Origin: a virus
Taxonomy: Duplodnaviria > Caudoviricetes
Direction: 5' to 3' (one strand)
Virus record (IMG/VR): IMGVR_UViG_3300027640_000015
Location: 1 to 31,908 of that record
Length of the DNA: 31,908 nucleotides
The notes under the pieces: generated by a model
What the model was told of the DNA's origin: nothing
Databases searched by the model: none
The model's input: the letters and a program-made list of their open reading frames with translations, nothing else
Translations under genes and position numbers: made by a program
Shown: positions 26,387-31,908 of the stretch, piece by piece
How positions within the stretch are numbered: position 1 is the first letter of the stretch
How the letters are laid out: every line of letters begins with the position of its first letter

Positions 26387-27778
26387 ATGGCCTTCCGCCT
26401 TCCTCGACTCCCGAAACTGTTTCGGACGACCGAAACCCCGGCGCGTCGCATGATCGACGCCGCCGCTGGCGGGCGTCGGGGCGGCGGCTTCGGCACCTTC
26501 GGGCCGATCAATCCCGAAGTGGCGGCGGGGGCGACGCTCACGCGGTCCCGCGCTCGTTACCTCGCCGCCAACAATCCCTTCCTGTCCAATGGTGTGGACA
26601 ACTGGTCCGCCGCGCTGGTGGGGGCTGGCATCCGTCCGACGCCCCGCGCTGAAGACGCGGACACCCGCCGCGCCGCAAGCCGTGCTTTCGAGACCTGGGC
26701 GGACGACGCCGACGCGGCGGGGCGGACGGACTTCTGGGGGCTGCAACGGGACATTGCCCGTCACCTGATCGTGGACGGCGAAGCCCTGGTCATCATTCAC
26801 GACGACGGGGACGGGCTGAGGCTTCAGACCGTCGCGCCCGAACAACTGGACGAAGCCAAGACGGCGGAACTTGGTGGCGGGCGGCTGATCGTGTCGGGCG
26901 TGGAATTCGACGCCCAGGGCCGCCGGGTGGCCTACTGGATTCTGCCCCATCGCCCCCATGCGACCTTCACCGATTACGCCCCGTCCGTCCGCTTCGACGC
27001 GGCGGACGTGCTGCACATCATGCGCCCCCTGGGCGCGGGGCAGGTTCGCGGCCTGTCCTGGCTGGCCCCGGCGGTCTTGTCCGCGTCAGAACTGGACCAG
27101 CTTATGGACGCCCTTCTGGTGGGGGCGAAAACCAGCGCCATGTTCGCGGGATTCCTGACCGATCTGAACGCCACGGGCGCGCTGCCCTTCGACGGAGACC
27201 AGACGGGCGGCATTCTCGACACCGGCCTGGAGCCTGGGACGTTGAAGGTCCTGCCCGCAGGGATCGACGTGAAATTCTCTGCCCCTGACGCGGCCAAGGA
27301 CTCGCCCGCTTTCCTGCGGATGAACCTTCAGGCGCTCGCCGCCGCCCTGGGGCTGCCCGAACACCTTCTGTCCGGGGACCTGACCAATGCGAACTATTCC
27401 AGCTTGCGGGCGGGGCTTCTGCCCTTCCGGGCGCGCGTGGAACAGACGCAATACGGGACCCTTGTTCCGCAATTCCTGCGGCCTGTCTGGCGGCGGTGGA
27501 TCGTCTCCGAAGTCCTGTCTGGGCGTCTCGACCTGACGCCTGACATGGCCGCTGAATGGATCATGCCGCGCCCGATGCAGGTGGACCCCCAGAAGGACTT
27601 GGCGGCGGTCAAAGAGGCGCTGGCCCTGGGGCTCACCAGCCGAACGAAGGCCATCAACGAAATGGGCTGGAACGCCGACGATCTGGACGAAGAGATCGCC
27701 GCCGACCGCGCCCGCGAAAGCGACCTTGGCCTGACCTTCGGGTCCCCCGACAAACCGGAGTCCCCCAATGACGACTGA
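26387..27778 (+). CDS. Portal protein, lambda family (satellite)
   Basis: RSRARYLAANN, GQVRGLSWL, LSGDLTNANYSSLRAGL and VDPQKD motifs. Confidence 0.93.
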   Translation: MAFRLPRLPKLFRTTETPARRMIDAAAGGRRGGGFGTFGPINPEVAAGATLTRSRARYLAANNPFLSNGVDNWSAALVGAGIRPTPRAEDADTRRAASRAFETWADDADAAGRTDFWGLQRDIARHLIVDGEALVIIHDDGDGLRLQTVAPEQLDEAKTAELGGGRLIVSGVEFDAQGRRVAYWILPHRPHATFTDYAPSVRFDAADVLHIMRPLGAGQVRGLSWLAPAVLSASELDQLMDALLVGAKTSAMFAGFLTDLNATGALPFDGDQTGGILDTGLEPGTLKVLPAGIDVKFSAPDAAKDSPAFLRMNLQALAAALGLPEHLLSGDLTNANYSSLRAGLLPFRARVEQTQYGTLVPQFLRPVWRRWIVSEVLSGRLDLTPDMAAEWIMPRPMQVDPQKDLAAVKEALALGLTSRTKAINEMGWNADDLDEEIAADRARESDLGLTFGSPDKPESPNDD

Positions 27779-29537
27779 CACCCTGACGCGGGGGGCTCAG
27801 ACCCGCCCGAACTCTTTCGACCCTGACACGCGAACCGTTTCGGCGGTCATCGCATCCCCGACTCCCGTGCGCCGCCGAGACGCGCGGGGGCCTTACCTGG
27901 AAGTCCTGACGGCGGACACGCTGGACCTGTCCGCCGCCGAAGGCTTGCCCGTTCTGGACAGTCACCGAACCGCATCGGTGCGTGACACCCTGGGGCGGGT
28001 TCGGTCCATCGCTCTGGAAGGTGGGTCTGTGACCGCCGTTCTGGAACTCACCGCCGCCGAAGATGCTGCGCCCGTGGTGCAGCGGATCGCGGACGGGACC
28101 GTAAGCGGAGTCAGCATCGGCTACCGCGTCGCGGGATGGACCGAGAAACAAACCCAGGCGGGACGGGTGAAGAGCCCCACCGCCTGGACGATCACCGAAG
28201 TCACCCTGACCAGTAACCCGGCGGACCCGTCCGCCCGTCTGCGGCAACAAGAGGAGTCCCCCATGCCCGATGACATCACCGAAACCGTTTCGCCGGATGT
28301 GGCGGAACAGACCCGCCGCCGCGACATCCGCGCCCTGGTCCGCACCGCTGGCCTGGACGCCCAGGTGGCGGACGATCTGATCGACGCGGGCGCGGACATG
28401 ACCCGCGCCAAGGCGGAAATCTTCGACGCGATGCAGGACCGCCGCCGCGCGGCCCCGATCATCCGGTCCCATGCCCCCGCGAACGACGATCCGGCGACGA
28501 TCATCCGCCGCCAGTCCGACGCGCTGGCCTTCCGCATGGGCGGCGGCGGGGAACCGGCTGCCGACGTGCGGCCCTTCCTGAACCTCAGCCTTCGGGACAT
28601 GGCCGTGGACTCCCTGACCCGTGCGGGCGTGTCCACGCGCGGCATGTCGGCGGACGAAGTGTTCACGCGGGCCGGTGAGCACACCACCAGCGACTTCGCC
28701 CTGACGGTGAGCAACGCCATGAACAAGGTGGCGCTGGACACCTACAAGGCCGCCGAGTCCCCGCTGAAGACGCTCTGCCGCCAGCGGACGCTTCCGAACT
28801 TCAAGGACGCGACCAGCATCCGCCTGGGCGAAATGGGCCGCCTGGAGGAACTCGCCGAGTCCGGTGAGATCACCCACACCAGCCGCGCCGAAAGCGGCGA
28901 AACCATGCGCCTGAAGACCTTCGCGCGGGGCGTCACGGTGTCCCGGAAGCTGATGATCGACGACGATCTGGGGCTTCTGGGCGACATGACGGCGGCCCTG
29001 GGCGAAGCGGCGGCCCAGACCGAAGCCGACATTCTGGTGGCCCTTCTGACGGGCAACCCGAACCTGTCGGACGGGAACCCTGTCTTCCACGCCAGCCGGG
29101 GCAACATCGGCACGGCGGACGGCCCCAGCGTGGCGTCGCTTACCGAGTCCCGCCTTGCCATGCGGACCCGCAAGGGCCTGGACGGCGCGACGATCATCGC
29201 CGCCGCCCCCCGCTATGTGCTGGTCCCCGCGACGCTGGAAACCGACGCGGAACAGGTGCTGGCGGCCATCCAGCCGTCCACGGTGGACGACGTGAACCCC
29301 TTCGGCGGCAAGCTGTCGCTTCTGGTGGAACCCCGGCTGACGGGCGAGACGTGGTATGTCTTCGCGGACCCGGCGCGGCTGGCGGCCATGCAATACGCCT
29401 ATCTGTCGTCCGCCCAGGGCGTCCAGATTCAGCGGACGGAAGCCTGGGACACCCTGGGCATGAAATTCCGTGCCTTCCTGGACTTCGGCGCGGGCTGGCT
29501 GGACTGGCGCGGCGCTCACCGGATTCCGGGGGCGTAA
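27768..29537 (+). CDS. Prohead protease - major capsid fusion (satellite)
   Basis: PVLDSH, VSIGY and EVTL..NPAD protease motifs; HTTSDF, IDDDL and DFGAGWLDWRG capsid motifs. Confidence 0.92.
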   Translation: MTTDTLTRGAQTRPNSFDPDTRTVSAVIASPTPVRRRDARGPYLEVLTADTLDLSAAEGLPVLDSHRTASVRDTLGRVRSIALEGGSVTAVLELTAAEDAAPVVQRIADGTVSGVSIGYRVAGWTEKQTQAGRVKSPTAWTITEVTLTSNPADPSARLRQQEESPMPDDITETVSPDVAEQTRRRDIRALVRTAGLDAQVADDLIDAGADMTRAKAEIFDAMQDRRRAAPIIRSHAPANDDPATIIRRQSDALAFRMGGGGEPAADVRPFLNLSLRDMAVDSLTRAGVSTRGMSADEVFTRAGEHTTSDFALTVSNAMNKVALDTYKAAESPLKTLCRQRTLPNFKDATSIRLGEMGRLEELAESGEITHTSRAESGETMRLKTFARGVTVSRKLMIDDDLGLLGDMTAALGEAAAQTEADILVALLTGNPNLSDGNPVFHASRGNIGTADGPSVASLTESRLAMRTRKGLDGATIIAAAPRYVLVPATLETDAEQVLAAIQPSTVDDVNPFGGKLSLLVEPRLTGETWYVFADPARLAAMQYAYLSSAQGVQIQRTEAWDTLGMKFRAFLDFGAGWLDWRGAHRIPGA

Positions 29538-29540
29538 CCC

Positions 29541-29771
29541 ATGGCCCTTCTGACGACTGCCGAACGGCTGGAGGAAGCCCAAGAGGCGCTTCACCAGCTT
29601 CTGACGGGGACGCAAGCCGTCGCTGTCACCGACCAGAACGGCGAGCGGGTGGAGTATCGCCCCGCGAACCGCGCCGCGCTGGAACGGTATGTGGCGGACC
29701 TCGAAGCCCAACTGGCGGGGGCAAACAAGCCCCCGCACACCATCCGATTCCAGACCTCGAAAGGACTCTGA
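29541..29771 (+). CDS. gpW-like head-to-tail joining protein (satellite)
   Basis: L.EAQEALHQLLTG..AVAV.DQNGERVEY..AN...LERYV..LEAQL closely follows the lambda gpW pattern. Confidence 0.85.
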   Translation: MALLTTAERLEEAQEALHQLLTGTQAVAVTDQNGERVEYRPANRAALERYVADLEAQLAGANKPPHTIRFQTSKGL

Positions 29772-29772
29772 C

Positions 29773-30102
29773 ATGAAGAACTTCGTTCAAGCCGGTGAGA
29801 ATATCACCGTGACCGCCGCCGCCGCTGCCACCAGCGGGGACGGCGTGAAAATCGGCAGCCTGTTCGGCATCGCGTCCGGGGACGCGGCCATCGGGGACCC
29901 GCTGGTCCTGGTGACGGCGGGCGTCTTCGACATGCCCAAGGTGGCCGCCGACGACATCACCCTGGGCGCTGCCGTCTATTGGCGGTCCAGCGACGGGCTG
30001 GTGACGACGACGGCGAGCGGCAACACGAAAGTCGGCGTGGCCGTCACCGCCGCTGGCAACGGCGCGGCGAGCGTCCGCGTCCGCCTGAACGGCGCGTTCT
30101 GA
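29773..30102 (+). CDS. Capsid cement/decoration protein (DUF2190-like, satellite)
   Basis: MKNFVQAGENI, GVFDMPK, VYW and VRVRLNG motifs; homologous to 15548-15883. Confidence 0.88.
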   Translation: MKNFVQAGENITVTAAAAATSGDGVKIGSLFGIASGDAAIGDPLVLVTAGVFDMPKVAADDITLGAAVYWRSSDGLVTTTASGNTKVGVAVTAAGNGAASVRVRLNGAF

Positions 30103-30106
30103 CACC

Positions 30107-30367
30107 ATGGCCGCCGCCCGTCATACCGCGCTGCCCCTGCCTGCACGGCGGGGACTGTCGCGTGAAGAGGCGGCGGCCTATGTCAGCGTGAGCCCGAATT
30201 TCTTCGATTCCATGGTCCGCGAAGGACTCATGCCTGGCCCCAAGCGCGTGAAAGCCCGCGTGTTTTGGGACAGGTATCAACTGGACGCTGCCTTCGACGC
30301 CTTGCCTGGGGACACCCCGTCCGCGCATGATGAAGGTCCCGAAGACAATGAATGGGACCAAGTATGA
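30107..30367 (+). CDS. xis: Excisionase / AlpA-like DNA-binding protein
   Basis: RRGLSREEAAAYVSVSP..FD.MV.EG.MP.P and WDR..LD.AF motifs; coupled to the integrase (ATGA). Confidence 0.82.
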   Translation: MAAARHTALPLPARRGLSREEAAAYVSVSPNFFDSMVREGLMPGPKRVKARVFWDRYQLDAAFDALPGDTPSAHDEGPEDNEWDQV

Positions 30368-31431
30368 AGCAACTCCGACGACCTCCGCCCTACTGTCAGG
30401 GCTTCACAGACAGACACGGAAAGGCGCGCTGGTATCTCCGCAAGCCTGGGATTCCCCGCACGGCGCTTCCTGGGCTACCCTGGAGCCCTGAATTCATGGC
30501 GGCCTATGAAGACGCCCTGAAAGGCGAACCTGCCCAGGTGGCGGCCAAGAAGACCCGTCCGGGATCAATCGACGCGCTTGTGGTGAGCTACTATCAGACC
30601 GCCGACTTCGCGGGGCTTCGAAGCTCGACCAAGACCACCTATCGCGGAATCATCGAACGGTTTCGTGCGGAGCATGGCGACAAGCGCGTGGCGAAGATGG
30701 AAACCCGGCACGTTCGAAACATCATCGGCGCGAAGGCTTCGACTCCCACCGCCGCGAACAACCTTCTGCGGATGATCCACCTGTTGATGCGCCATGCGGT
30801 GGAACTTGGCTGGCGGCGGGATGACCCGACCCAGGGCGTCCGCAAGATCAAGGTCCGCTCTTCGGGCTTCACCACCTGGGAAGAACAGCACATCTCTACC
30901 TTCCTGGCGACGCATAAGCCTGGGACGCGCGCCCATCTCGCCTTCATGCTCTTGCTCTACACGGGGCAGCGGCGGAGCGATGTGGTCCGCATGGGCCGCC
31001 AGCACGTCCGCGACGGCGTTCTGTCGATCACGCAACAGAAGACCGGAACGACGATCCACGTCCCTGTCCTGAAGCCGTTGCGTGAGGCAATCGACGCCAC
31101 CCCGCGCGACAACCTCACCTTCCTGACCACGGCCCAGGGCAAGCCCTTCAGCCCAGCGGGCTTCACGAATTGGTTTCGGGACGTGACGACGGAAGCGGGC
31201 TTGCCCAAGGGTCTGAGCCCGCACGGGCTTCGCAAGGCGACGGCGCGACGGCTGGCGGAACATGGGCGTTCCGCGAATGAGATCATGGCCGTCCTGGGCC
31301 ACGCGGCGCTGGCGGAAGCCGCCAGATACACCGCCGCCGCTGACCGGAAGAGACTCGCGGCGGAAGGGATGCGCGCTCTGGAAGAGACCGAAGCGCGAAC
31401 AAACATTGTCAAACCGGCCCCGAAAGTTTGA
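30364..31431 (+). CDS. int: Tyrosine recombinase / phage integrase
   Basis: YTGQRRSD, QQKTG, HGLRK, LGH and RY catalytic motifs all intact; adjacent to the tRNA 3' end. Confidence 0.95.
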   Translation: MKQLRRPPPYCQGFTDRHGKARWYLRKPGIPRTALPGLPWSPEFMAAYEDALKGEPAQVAAKKTRPGSIDALVVSYYQTADFAGLRSSTKTTYRGIIERFRAEHGDKRVAKMETRHVRNIIGAKASTPTAANNLLRMIHLLMRHAVELGWRRDDPTQGVRKIKVRSSGFTTWEEQHISTFLATHKPGTRAHLAFMLLLYTGQRRSDVVRMGRQHVRDGVLSITQQKTGTTIHVPVLKPLREAIDATPRDNLTFLTTAQGKPFSPAGFTNWFRDVTTEAGLPKGLSPHGLRKATARRLAEHGRSANEIMAVLGHAALAEAARYTAAADRKRLAAEGMRALEETEARTNIVKPAPKV

Positions 31432-31435
31432 CAAT
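31405..31435. repeat. Perfect 10-bp inverted repeat at the int 3' end (candidate arm-type att site or terminator)
   Basis: ATTGTCAAAC (31405-31414) and GTTTGACAAT (31426-31435). Confidence 0.6.
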
Positions 31436-31478
31436 TTGCCCCGTAAGGGCTTGATTTTATTGATCTGAAAAGAGTGTA

Positions 31479-31568
31479 TGGCGGAGAGACAGGGATTCGA
31501 ACCCTGGGTGGGGTTGCCCCCACAACGGTTTTCGAGACCGCCCCGTTCGACCACTCCGGCACCTCTCC
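31479..31568 (-). tRNA. tRNA-Ser (anticodon CGA); probable attachment site
   Basis: GGAGAGG/TCTCTCC acceptor stem plus GCCA end, anticodon loop CT-CGA-AA, long variable arm, GGTTCGAATCC T-loop; 90 nt. Confidence 0.97.
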
Positions 31569-31586
31569 ACGGGGGTCTGGTGAGCG

Positions 31587-31615
31587 CGTTTACTTGGCTT
31601 TGGACGGCGGGGCAA
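31587..31615 (-). promoter_or_regulatory. Putative sigma70 promoter of tRNA-Ser
   Basis: TTGCCC-17 bp-TAAACG followed by a GC-rich discriminator, about 20 bp upstream of the tRNA. Confidence 0.5.
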
Positions 31616-31812
31616 GGGGGTTTGTAGAGCGTCAACCACCTTGTCCGCGTGCGACAACCATCATGGCCGGTTTTGAGGCCGCCGGGGTTGGCGTGTCGTT
31701 TGGTATTTTGGGTTAGGTTTCTCCTTCGTTCTTGTTGTCGGCGATGGTTGTCGCTGGGGCATCGGCCTGTGCCTAGGTTGGGGCACGGTTATGAGACAGC
31801 GCTTTGCGCTGG

Positions 31813-31908
31813 CTATGCTGCCATTTTAACCACCGTAGCAGCTTCGGCTTCAAGGGCTTTTTGCTCGTCCCTGATCTGATTGGGCGTTTTATATCCATGG
31901 CGCTGGCG
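31813..31908 (-). CDS. Probable IS3-family transposase, C-terminal tail (partial)
   Basis: RQRHGYKTPNQIRDEQ...AA-stop resembles the HGY.TP end of IS3-type integrase cores; an IS-end-like sequence follows at about 31774-31799. Confidence 0.55.
   Translation of the reverse strand, partial: RQRHGYKTPNQIRDEQKALEAEAATVVKMAA

Larger units (their letters stand above)
22574..31478 (+). mobile_element. Tail-less, capsid-encoding phage satellite (cf-PICI-like, lambda-type head) integrated at tRNA-Ser; left part missing
   Basis: Second set of terS/terL/portal/protease-capsid/gpW/cement followed directly by xis-int and the tRNA 3' end. No tail or lysis gene lies between cement and xis. Confidence 0.75.

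Noticed and set aside
27654-31635. Minus-strand ORFs 27654..29774, 30565..31635 and 30957..31562
   Set aside because: Shadows of capsid, integrase and tRNA genes.
1-31908. CRISPR array, diversity-generating retroelement or tail-fibre shufflon
   Set aside because: No repeat-spacer array, reverse transcriptase, duplicated fibre tips or invertase seen.

Overview
GC-rich alphaproteobacterial (Rhodobacteraceae-like) chromosomal island next to a tRNA-Ser(CGA) gene. From left to right: (1) the right end of an IS66 element with a small passenger ORF. (2) The complete late region of a siphovirus prophage on the minus strand (949-22328): lambda-type head (TerS, GpA TerL, gpW, portal, protease-capsid fusion, cement), a GTA-like tail tip and lysis genes, plus an antisense HEPN RNase moron. 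(3) A second, tail-less element on the plus strand (about 22574-31478) with its own lambda-type terminase, portal, protease-capsid, gpW, cement, xis and tyrosine integrase, integrated at the tRNA-Ser 3' end. This looks like a capsid-forming phage satellite lying back-to-back with a potential helper. The most striking direct observation is that the satellite terL is cut by a precise 2059-bp inversion (23074-25132) bounded only by CAA/TTG. Flipping it back restores both a 589-aa TerL and a 62-aa gene in frame with no base lost. A third breakpoint (about 22573-22575, also at a CAA) fuses a truncated prophage gene to a headless satellite terS. The window ends in a probable IS3-family transposase tail. 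All family and DUF names come from motif recognition and synteny, not from database searches.
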